Origin: Parabacteroides sp. PM6-13
GTDB lineage: Bacteria; Bacteroidota; Bacteroidia; Bacteroidales; Tannerellaceae
Length of the DNA stretch: 64,000 nucleotides
Direction of reading: 5' to 3'
Assembly (NCBI RefSeq): GCF_029892605.1
Contig: NZ_JARXWF010000008.1
Location: 1 to 64,000 of the forward strand
Shown here: positions 29,358 to 37,621 of the stretch, piece by piece
How positions within the stretch are numbered: the stretch's first letter is position 1
Layout: each line of letters opens with the position of its first letter
Notes under the pieces: generated by a model
What the model was told of the DNA's origin: nothing
Databases searched by the model: none
What the model saw: only the letters and a program-made list of their open reading frames with translations
Position numbers and translations under genes: made by a program

Positions 29358-29837
29358 ATGAAAAGAATACTTTGTCTATTATTCTGTTTACTGTTAGTAA
29401 CAGCTTGTGAAAGAGAAAAAACACCGCCGTTTGATCATCCGATTATGGGAATTTGGGATGCTAAAGAATATTATATCCCTTATGACGGGAGGACTATTCA
29501 AGGTTCCGGAGAGGGTTTTTCTTTTGATGAATACTGGAATGTTATTCAGGTAGCAAGCAACGGACGTTTTATCTATTCTTCTAAATTCGAATTAATAGAT
29601 GACAAATATCTCTTCCTCAACTTCAACGGGAAATATAAATTTGATGGTAATCTAGAAGGTGGAAGTTGCTATTTGGAAATATTAGAATTTACTCAAGACT
29701 CCTTAAAACTTTACGAACACTGGGACAATCCTCTCCAAACCCGTATCTGGACCTTATATCTTCCTGTTTTTTTACTTTGCATCATTACAACATCAGTTTC
29801 AAGGTTGATAACTTCACTTGGAAACCCTTCTTTCTGA
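29358..29837 (+). CDS. lipoprotein of unknown function
   Basis: MKRILCLLFCLLLVTACERE is a lipobox. 159 aa. Confidence 0.5.
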   Translation: MKRILCLLFCLLLVTACEREKTPPFDHPIMGIWDAKEYYIPYDGRTIQGSGEGFSFDEYWNVIQVASNGRFIYSSKFELIDDKYLFLNFNGKYKFDGNLEGGSCYLEILEFTQDSLKLYEHWDNPLQTRIWTLYLPVFLLCIITTSVSRLITSLGNPSF

Positions 29838-29983
29838 TTGTTTCTTTGCCATAGGAAATAAAATATCCACTAATATTTTAGCACTATGACAGAAGAAATA
29901 CAAACACATTATGTATGGCATTGCTTTGAGAGTAAGCAGGAGAATCTAAACCAGATACCAAACCTTTTAAAGACATTTTCGGT

Positions 29984-30247
29984 ATGAGCATGCGAACACG
30001 TTATGAGGGTTCCTTTTACAGCGTAAAAGGGATTCTCTACCGGATCGAGCTCCTACAGGAAGGGTTTATGGGGAATGCTTCTACTGTAGCATTCGGCAGC
30101 GCTCCGTTGGAAATCGAATGGACAGAAACGGATAAACTGGAACCGGTACAAAGCAGTAAGGCTACGCTTACCCTTTTCTCGGATAACGACCGGCAGTTTG
30201 TTAATCTCTACACGGTTAAAGCCGGTGATATCCGCCTGGATGAATGA
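29984..30247 (+). pseudogene. gene fragment, possibly frameshifted (33-aa ORF 29886..29987 overlaps in another frame)
   Basis: Short ORF with no stop-proximal features. An upstream mini-ORF ends with its TGA overlapping the ATG in a different frame. Confidence 0.25.
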
Positions 30248-30341
30248 TGGATATAGAAGTAAAGAGAAAAAATATTCACAAATAGGCATATTTAACATTC
30301 CAGCATTTGCAGGCAGGTAATTTATAAATTACCTTTGCGTT

Positions 30342-30722
30342 ATGAAAAAGGTTAGAGAAGTCATAACCTACAAAGAACACTTTGATAAGTTCTTCGTCAA
30401 GCAACCACAAAAGGTACGTGACAAGATTATCAAAGTATTGGATATTATTGAGCAGATCGACCGCATTCCGTCTACATACCTTAAGTATATCGAAGGTACA
30501 AACGGATTATTTGAGGTTCGTATTCAGCTTGCAAATAATATCTTTCGCATATTCTGTTTTTTTGACGGCGGAAAACTGGTTGTATTGTTAAGTGGTTTCC
30601 AAAAGAAGACACAAAAAACTCCTGCCGGAGAAATAAAAAAAGCGGAGCGACTTATGACTGAATATTACGAAGAGAAAATAAAGGAAGTACAATATGGAAA
30701 CAAAAACATTAGATCAAATTAA
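30342..30722 (+). CDS. RelE/ParE-superfamily toxin (phage Gp49-like / HigB-like)
   Basis: 126 aa. Followed with overlap by an XRE antitoxin. Features KYIEGTNGLFEVRI and FRIFCFFDGGKLVVLLSGFQKKTQKTP. Confidence 0.6.
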   Translation: MKKVREVITYKEHFDKFFVKQPQKVRDKIIKVLDIIEQIDRIPSTYLKYIEGTNGLFEVRIQLANNIFRIFCFFDGGKLVVLLSGFQKKTQKTPAGEIKKAERLMTEYYEEKIKEVQYGNKNIRSN

Positions 30723-30984
30723 AGGGCAGTATTATGGAGAGATAGGCACGCCTGAACGTGATCGGATTGAAAGGGAACTCGAATCTTTACGCATTGGTTT
30801 CAAAATCAGGAATGCCCGTGAACAAAAATCAATGACACAAGCGGAACTTGCCGAACGTATAGACAAAAAACGCACATTCATATCAAAGGTTGAGAATGAC
30901 GGAGGGAATATTACTCTTAAAACACTGTTCGATATTGTAGAGCGTGGGCTTGGCGGCAAGTTGATTATTGAAGTGCAAATATAA
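30694..30984 (+). CDS. XRE-family HTH antitoxin (HigA-like)
   Basis: MTQAELAERIDKKRTFISKVENDGGNITLKTLFDI is an HTH_XRE. Overlaps the toxin gene 3' end. Confidence 0.65.
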   Translation: METKTLDQIKGQYYGEIGTPERDRIERELESLRIGFKIRNAREQKSMTQAELAERIDKKRTFISKVENDGGNITLKTLFDIVERGLGGKLIIEVQI

Positions 30985-31223
30985 AAACAGCCCGGACGCT
31001 TTCGGAAGGATTTATTATATTTGTGCATGAGAACTATATATCCCACAGGTATGGGATGATAATCTCACTGATATGGGATATTGATCTCTCAATTGGGAGA
31101 TATTAATCTCACTGCTGGGAGACTATTAGTTATGTATTGAGAAATACTTAATTACTCCACAGAACGAAAGAGAGATCTTACAGATATGAAAAAATTAGTG
31201 TATACACATAAAAACCAGTAACT

Positions 31224-31817
31224 ATGGCTCGTTATAAATTAGTACGTAATCCTAACCTGGGAGAAGAGGGAAAAGAAATGCCTTATCATGCTCGTTATGT
31301 GGCGTATGGAACGGTGGGGTTGGATGAGATGATTGAAAAAATGTCGGACCGGACATCGTTTTCCAGTGCCGATATCAAAGGGATGGCCCAATTGTTTCAA
31401 GATATGATTGTCGAGGAGTTACGGTTTGGTAACAATGTAGAAATAGATGGGATCGGTATTTTTACAGCCTCACTTCAATGCCCTCCGGTAATGAACAAAA
31501 AGGAGATCAGGGCAGAGTCCATCAGTTTCCGCACCGTGAAATTCCGCCCCTCGATTAAATTATGTAAACGTTTGAAATCACTGCCGCTTTATAAAGCGCC
31601 GGAAGAAAAAGAAAAACAGTCGTTCACTCGGGAAGAGAGACGACTGCGGGTATTGGATTATCTTACGCAAAAAGAGCGGATAACAGGGAGTGAATATATG
31701 CGGTTGAACCATTGCAGCCGCGCTTGTGCCAGCCGAGACCTTATCGATTTCCGGGAAGAGGGCCTGGTCAAACGACAAGGTAGGGGGCCGACACTCTATT
31801 ATGTAAAGATGCAGTAA
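31224..31817 (+). CDS. HU-like (Bacteroides histone-like) DNA-binding domain protein with C-terminal winged-helix
   Basis: N-terminal YKLVRNPNLGEEGKEMPYHARYVAYGTVGLDEMIEKMSDRTSFSSADIKG is typical of the Bacteroidales HU-family protein. C-terminal region RITGSEYMRLNHCSRACASRDLIDFREEGLV. Confidence 0.5.
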   Translation: MARYKLVRNPNLGEEGKEMPYHARYVAYGTVGLDEMIEKMSDRTSFSSADIKGMAQLFQDMIVEELRFGNNVEIDGIGIFTASLQCPPVMNKKEIRAESISFRTVKFRPSIKLCKRLKSLPLYKAPEEKEKQSFTREERRLRVLDYLTQKERITGSEYMRLNHCSRACASRDLIDFREEGLVKRQGRGPTLYYVKMQ

Positions 31818-32003
31818 CGAATTACTTATTATCTACTATTGTTAAACAGAGATGGAGATAGAGTGAGCATACGCATGAATACGATGAGGTGATGGAGTTG
31901 AGAGATTGCGATTATGTAAATTATAATTATTATATTTACAATAATCACAGGTCGTATCACCCCAGCCGTATGGAAATGACCGGGTATTCTGTTCAATTCA
32001 TGA

Positions 32004-32070
32004 CAAGCAGTTTCAACTGCCGGCAAGAGATAGGCCTGCGGCCACTCACTCTGTTCGCAGAGAAGAAGCG
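32004..32070. repeat. solo IS-terminus-like repeat (copy C) with palindrome gcagtttcaactgc
   Basis: aactgccggcaagagataggcctgcggccactcactctgttcgcagagaaga is shared with 26463..26532. Confidence 0.7.
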
Positions 32071-32094
32071 CATACAATTTTCAGGCTTCGCCTC

Positions 32095-33615
32095 CTACTG
32101 ATGCTCTGCCCGTAACAGGTCGTTGACTGTTTTGACGGGGTTGAAGGTTTCGGCGGGGACCTCCACGAAGAGGGTGGTCCAGTCGCTCATGGCGCCGTTC
32201 CAGAGGCCGGGGAGTTCCAACGCTTTCAGTTCTTTGCCGTCTTTACTCTTTTGGGAGATGAAGCCGGTGTTCTTGTCGATGTAGTGGGGAAGGTTGTATT
32301 TATTTCCCTTATGGTCGCGCACGGCACAGACAAGGTCTACCGGGTTGAAATGGGTGCCCTGGTCGAACAGTTTCTTTTTGACCGGGTCGCGCATATCGAT
32401 CTGCGAGCTTTCGAGTATCTGCAACGAGATAGTACCGTCGGGATTGGTAGCCAGGAACGGGCCGCCTCCCGGTTCGCCCACGTTGCGCACCATACCGCAG
32501 ACGCGGATCGGACGGGCGAGTTTGTCTTTTATATAGAGGATCAGTTCGGCATCTTCGAGGTATTTGATCTCCGGATTGCGGATGCAAAGCTCGTCTTGTA
32601 GGAAATAGATCATCTCTTCCACTTGCGTACGGGTGTATTTGCCGCTCTCGATCAGGTGGAGGTAACGGAAGATACGCTCCTGCAGATGCACCAGTACCCC
32701 GCCAATAATCTTCTTATGAATAACCGTGGCAAACTTAAAGCTATCGGGCACCACATTGTCGATGTTCTTGATAAAGATCACATCAGCTTCTATATCGTTG
32801 AGGTTCTCGATCAACGCGCCATGTCCACCCGGACGGAACAGGATGCTTCCGTCGGCTTCGCGGAAGGGGCGATTTTCCATATCGACGGCAATGGTGTCGG
32901 TACTTGCCTTCTGCACACTGAAGGTGATGTCATATTCGACCGAGAATTTCTCTTCATACACACTTTTCTTTTCCGCCACCAGCTGTTGGAACTGCTCCTG
33001 ATGCTCCGGAGAGACGGTGAAATGGATGTTTACTTCACCGGTGTGGTTCTTGGCATAGCGGGCACCTTCCGCCAGGTGTTCTTCCATGGCGGTACGGGTT
33101 TTTCCGGGATAGTTGTGGAAAAGCAATAGCCCTTTGGGCAGTTGTCCGTAGTTGAGCCCTTTGGATTCTAACAGATTCGCCACGACCTCTTTGTATTGTC
33201 CGGCGGCGATCAACGAGGAGATCGATTTCTTTTCGTTCTCCAGGCATTTGGCATTCAACAGGTGATAGAAGGCAAAACGATTGATCTCGCGGAAAAATTC
33301 TTTGACCGCGGGCGTGTCCGGCTCTGTCGCCTCCGAAGAAAGGAAGGCATAGAGATCCTTAAACATACGGCTGGCCGCGCCCGAAGCAGGCACGAATTTG
33401 ACAATCCGATGGTTTTTCGAGAGATAGTTTTCCCAAGCCTCCATGTAAAACGCTTGTAACTCTTTGGGAATTACCTTAATTCCTTTTTCTACAGAGGCAG
33501 AAGCGACAATTTCCAGAAAAGGAAACCCTTTGGCAAAATGAGCCAGTTGCTCTTCAATGCGGTGTTTGCTAATTCCTTTAGCAGCTAATTGTTCTAAATC
33601 GTGTGCGTTCAACAT
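32095..33615 (-). CDS. conserved hypothetical protein (about 500 aa family common in Bacteroidota)
   Basis: 506-aa ORF with uniform coding signal. No motif I can assign with confidence. Confidence 0.5.
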   Translation of the reverse strand: MLNAHDLEQLAAKGISKHRIEEQLAHFAKGFPFLEIVASASVEKGIKVIPKELQAFYMEAWENYLSKNHRIVKFVPASGAASRMFKDLYAFLSSEATEPDTPAVKEFFREINRFAFYHLLNAKCLENEKKSISSLIAAGQYKEVVANLLESKGLNYGQLPKGLLLFHNYPGKTRTAMEEHLAEGARYAKNHTGEVNIHFTVSPEHQEQFQQLVAEKKSVYEEKFSVEYDITFSVQKASTDTIAVDMENRPFREADGSILFRPGGHGALIENLNDIEADVIFIKNIDNVVPDSFKFATVIHKKIIGGVLVHLQERIFRYLHLIESGKYTRTQVEEMIYFLQDELCIRNPEIKYLEDAELILYIKDKLARPIRVCGMVRNVGEPGGGPFLATNPDGTISLQILESSQIDMRDPVKKKLFDQGTHFNPVDLVCAVRDHKGNKYNLPHYIDKNTGFISQKSKDGKELKALELPGLWNGAMSDWTTLFVEVPAETFNPVKTVNDLLRAEHQ

Positions 33616-33767
33616 AATTATCCCGGTATTTGTAGTTAATTCCTGTATAGTTTATGTGCAAATGTAAAAAAATACGGGTAGATACGACAGGTTATGATAG
33701 GAAAAAGCTACTTTTACAACATGTTTTACCGTTTGTCCCGCCTAAGACAAACAAAAAAGCAATCACT

Positions 33768-35993
33768 ATGAAAGAGCAGGGGTTCTTTACGGCAGAAGAG
33801 AAGAAAGCGTTTTTTACCAAATACAGGTGTTTACTCGACAGTCTTTATTCTTTCCTTGAAAAGGAAGATATCTCTAAGATGAAGCGGTTGATGCGGCGCG
33901 TGGTCGCGTTGGATTGTTATGGTCGCGACCGTAATGGCATCAACGGATTGCTTCGTAACATCGATACCGCCTTGATTGCCACGACGGAGATCGGGCTGAA
34001 ACGGGCACCGGTGATCGCCCTGTTGCTTTACCGCCCGGTGATGAAAGAGCTGATCGACCTCAAAGAGGTGGAAAAGACCTTCGACAACGAGGTGGCACGC
34101 CTTATCCAGTTGTTATTGAAAACCTCCGATCTCTATGCCCGGAATACGGCGATCGATTCGGAGAACTTCCACCACCTGCTCTTCTCGTTTGCGGAGGATG
34201 TGCGGGTGATCCTATTGATGATTGCCGACCGTCTTTGCCTGATGCGCATGGGTAAGCTATTCGTACGCGAACAGGACCGCCTGCGGCTTGCTTCCGAGGC
34301 CTCTTTCCTGTATGCGCCATTGGCCCATCGCCTGGGGCTTTACGCGATCAAAAGCGAACTGGAAGACCTCTCCCTGAAATATACCGATCCGCAGCAATAC
34401 GATTTCATCAAGCAAAAACTGAACGAGACCAAGCGTTCGCGCGATGCCTATATCGCCGAGTTTATCGCCCCCGTCAAAAAGAAACTGGAAGAGGCCGGTC
34501 TGCGGTTCGATATCAAAGGACGAACCAAATCGATCCATTCGATCAACAATAAGCTGAAAAAGCAAAAGATCGAGTTCGAAGGCATTTACGATCTGTTTGC
34601 GATCCGGATCGTACTCGACACCCCGACCGAGCGCGAGAAGGCGGAATGCTGGTATGTCTATTCCATCATCACCGATATGTATCAACCCAATCCGAACCGG
34701 ATGAAAGACTGGATCTCTATTCCCAAAAGCAATGGATACGAGAGCTTGCACATCACCGTGATGGGACCCGGCAAGCGTTGGGTGGAGGTACAGATCCGTA
34801 CCGAGCGCATGGACGAAGTGGCCGAGCGTGGACTGGCTGCCCATTGGAAATACAAAGGGGTGAAAGAGGACAAAGGATTGGATGAATTCCTGACGGGCGT
34901 ACGCTCTGCCTTGGAGAACAAAGACAGCAGCCCGATCGACCTGATGCAGGATATCCGGATGAACCTCTTCAAGGATGAGATCTATGTGTTTACCCCTTCG
35001 GGCGAACTGATCAAACTGCCGCAGGGAGCTACCGTCCTGGACTTTGCCTTCGCCATCCATACCGGCTTGGGAAGCAAATGTATGTCGGCCAAGGTGAACG
35101 GCAAAAATGTGCCAATCAAGCATGTTTTGCAAAGCGGAGATACGGTTTCCGTATTGACGTCCCCCACCCAGTCGCCCAAACAGGACTGGCTGAATATGGT
35201 AGTCACCTCGAAAGCCCGCGCACGCATCAAGCAGGCCCTGCGCGAAGAGGCCGCCAAAAGTGCCGAATTTGCCAAGGAGACATTGCAACGCCGCTTTAAG
35301 AACCGGAAGATCGATGTCGACGAGTCGATCCTGATGCGTTATATCAAGAAGAAAGGCTTCAAGACCATCACCGATTTCTATGTGGAGATTGCGGCCGAAC
35401 GGCTCGATCCCAACGTCGTGATCGACGATTACCTGGAACTGATCCGCCGTGAGACAGAGGCGCATGACCCGACGGATGTGCGCAGCGCGGAAGAATTTGT
35501 ACCCACGCAGCATCTTCACGAAGAGGAGGCGACCGGCAAGGATGTACTGGTGATCGACCGCAACCTGACCGGTGTCGACTACAAACTGGCGAAATGTTGC
35601 AACCCGATCTTTGGCGACGAGATCTTCGGCTTTGTCTCTACCCAGGGCATCCGCATCCACCGCAAAGACTGCCGCAACCGCGCCGAGATGGAGCGCCGCT
35701 TTGGCTATCGCATGATCGAAGCCAAATGGAGCGGCGAAGGAACCAGCGGCTACCAGGTCACCCTGCGGGTGATCGGGCGCGACGACATCGCGATCGTGAC
35801 CAATATCACCTCGGTGATCGGCAAAGAGAGCAGTGTCACCCTACGTTCCCTCAATATCGACTCGGTGGACGGCCTGTTCCAGGGCAATTTCACCGTAATG
35901 GTCAACAGCACCTCCTCGCTCACCTCGCTGGTCAAAAAAATCAAAACAGTCAAAGGCGTCAAGTCCGTAGAACGACTGGATGCAAGGGGCTAA
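33768..35993 (+). CDS. relA: bifunctional (p)ppGpp synthetase/hydrolase RelA/SpoT family
   Basis: HD hydrolase region, synthetase motif (YESLHITVMGPGKRWVEVQIRTERMD), TGS and C-terminal ACT domain. Start at internal Met MKEQGFF. Confidence 0.9.
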   Translation: MKEQGFFTAEEKKAFFTKYRCLLDSLYSFLEKEDISKMKRLMRRVVALDCYGRDRNGINGLLRNIDTALIATTEIGLKRAPVIALLLYRPVMKELIDLKEVEKTFDNEVARLIQLLLKTSDLYARNTAIDSENFHHLLFSFAEDVRVILLMIADRLCLMRMGKLFVREQDRLRLASEASFLYAPLAHRLGLYAIKSELEDLSLKYTDPQQYDFIKQKLNETKRSRDAYIAEFIAPVKKKLEEAGLRFDIKGRTKSIHSINNKLKKQKIEFEGIYDLFAIRIVLDTPTEREKAECWYVYSIITDMYQPNPNRMKDWISIPKSNGYESLHITVMGPGKRWVEVQIRTERMDEVAERGLAAHWKYKGVKEDKGLDEFLTGVRSALENKDSSPIDLMQDIRMNLFKDEIYVFTPSGELIKLPQGATVLDFAFAIHTGLGSKCMSAKVNGKNVPIKHVLQSGDTVSVLTSPTQSPKQDWLNMVVTSKARARIKQALREEAAKSAEFAKETLQRRFKNRKIDVDESILMRYIKKKGFKTITDFYVEIAAERLDPNVVIDDYLELIRRETEAHDPTDVRSAEEFVPTQHLHEEEATGKDVLVIDRNLTGVDYKLAKCCNPIFGDEIFGFVSTQGIRIHRKDCRNRAEMERRFGYRMIEAKWSGEGTSGYQVTLRVIGRDDIAIVTNITSVIGKESSVTLRSLNIDSVDGLFQGNFTVMVNSTSSLTSLVKKIKTVKGVKSVERLDARG

Positions 35994-36256
35994 ATAGTAC
36001 CCATGCAAAGAGGGGCGTCCTTCGCAGGATGCCCCTCTTTGATTATCTTATGCTTACATAAATCAGTTAATCGGTTTTGGTTGCTTTCGATTATACTAAT
36101 AGTTTCGTTTGTATCACATGACAAAGGTAGCCGCTTCACCCCCGGCGGGCAATACCTACAAATATGTATTTTCCGCTGTCTGATACCTGAGCATAGGTAT
36201 AGTCTGTTGGCTAATAAGCTAATAATAACTACCTTTGAGTAGTAAAACAACATATT

Positions 36257-36955
36257 ATGTATAAAATCGGAAAATACCAGGAGACGGATAAGATGAGCGA
36301 CCTGATATGCGAAAACTATCCCATGGTGTTGGTCATGAGTCGTTTTGGCATCGCTTTAGGGTTTGGTGAAAAGAATATCGGCGAAGTGTGCCGGCAAAAC
36401 CAGGTAGACACCTGCACCTTCCTGACGGTGGTCAACTTCCTGGTCGAGGAAAAGAATACGCCATACGCTATGGGCGAGATAAACGAATGTCTCTCCCTGG
36501 AGACACTGATGAGCTACCTGCATAACGCCCACGATTACTTCCTCAACTTCCGCCTGCCACATATACGGCGCAAACTGGTGGAGGCGATCGAAGACTGTCC
36601 GAAAGATGTCGCCTTCGCCATCACCCGCTTCTTCGATGAATATGCCGGAGAGGTTCACAAGCATATGATGTATGAAGAGAAAAACGTATTCCCCTACGTG
36701 CGCGGCCTGCTCCAAGGCAAGAAAGATCCGAAATACAACATATCCATCTTTATGAAACGCCATGATCAGATCGAGATGAAGATTGTCGAACTGAAGAATA
36801 TCCTGATCAAATACTACCCGGGAACCGGAACCAATCTATTGAACAGCGTCCTGTTTGATATCTTCGCGACGGAATCGGATCTGGCCTCCCACAACCATGT
36901 CGAGGACTATCTCTTTGCACCGGCGATTAAGGCATTGGAAAAACAACTAAGCTGA
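36257..36955 (+). CDS. hemerythrin-like metal-binding domain protein (putative)
   Basis: Spaced H/E motifs (HNAHDYF, HKHMMYEE, KRHDQIE) consistent with an HHE cation-binding domain. 232 aa. Confidence 0.4.
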   Translation: MYKIGKYQETDKMSDLICENYPMVLVMSRFGIALGFGEKNIGEVCRQNQVDTCTFLTVVNFLVEEKNTPYAMGEINECLSLETLMSYLHNAHDYFLNFRLPHIRRKLVEAIEDCPKDVAFAITRFFDEYAGEVHKHMMYEEKNVFPYVRGLLQGKKDPKYNISIFMKRHDQIEMKIVELKNILIKYYPGTGTNLLNSVLFDIFATESDLASHNHVEDYLFAPAIKALEKQLS

Positions 36956-36962
36956 TCGACGC

Positions 36963-37568
36963 ATGGCAACCACACTGACTATCGCAATTGCCGAACATTC
37001 GGAGATCATCCGGCAAGGCCTGGAGCAAATCCTCAAACGATTGCCGGATTTCAAAATACAATGTGTCTCCATCGGAGCCTATGAGCAGCTACACGAGACA
37101 CTCAGCCTCTCGGATCCGGATCTACTGATTATCAACCCCACCTTCCCAGGTGCCTTCCCCTTGGAACAACTCAAGGAGACAACCGGCTGTACACAAATGA
37201 AATGTGTCGCGCTCATCTATGCCGCCTTCGAGAATTATCAGCTACGGGTGTACGACGAGCATTTCCATATCTACGACACCCCCGAGGAGCTCCTGCATAA
37301 GTTGGAACGAATGCACCTAAAGAAGAGCCCGACCGCCTTTCAGGAGAGCGAGCAACAGACCCTGAGTGCCCGGGAAAAAGAGATTGTCGTTTGTGTCGTG
37401 AAAGGAATGACCAACCGCGAGATAGCCGAACAACTCTTCCTATCGACCCACACCGTGATCACCCACCGCCGGAACATCGCCCGCAAATTGCAGATACACT
37501 CGCCCAGCGGCCTGACGATCTATGCGATTGTCAACAAACTGGTGGAGCTGAGCGATATAAAGCAATAA
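36963..37568 (+). CDS. LuxR-family response regulator-like transcription factor (atypical receiver)
   Basis: C-terminal LuxR HTH (LSAREKEIVVCVVKGMTNREIAEQLFLSTHTVITHRRNIARKL). The N-terminal receiver-like fold lacks the canonical acidic pocket (AIAEHSE). Confidence 0.7.
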   Translation: MATTLTIAIAEHSEIIRQGLEQILKRLPDFKIQCVSIGAYEQLHETLSLSDPDLLIINPTFPGAFPLEQLKETTGCTQMKCVALIYAAFENYQLRVYDEHFHIYDTPEELLHKLERMHLKKSPTAFQESEQQTLSAREKEIVVCVVKGMTNREIAEQLFLSTHTVITHRRNIARKLQIHSPSGLTIYAIVNKLVELSDIKQ

Positions 37569-37593
37569 TCTTCTATAATCATTACTTTTAGTT

Positions 37594-37601
37594 TATCTTT
37601 G
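37594..37601 (+). promoter_or_regulatory. Bacteroides -7 box TAtcTTTG upstream of the T9SS substrate gene
   Basis: Exact TAnnTTTG about 20 bp upstream of the ATG at 37622. Confidence 0.4.
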
Positions 37602-37621
37602 CGCAAAATAATTATTACATC

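Noticed and set aside
31829-32077. 82-aa ORF sharing LLCEQSEWPQAYLLPAV with the N-terminal extension of the 25086..26612 ORF
   Set aside because: The shared peptide comes from the dispersed IS-end-like repeat, not a protein family. The true SPFH gene start is downstream of the repeat.
32095-32110. possible second tRNA-3'-end copy (gatgctc) closing the island at its right edge
   Set aside because: Only a 7-bp match to the att core, which is not significant. The right island boundary is defined by gene content only.
34257-35660. 467-aa minus-strand ORF
   Set aside because: Antisense shadow of the strongly recognisable relA/spoT gene. Arg/Gly/His-rich nonsense composition.
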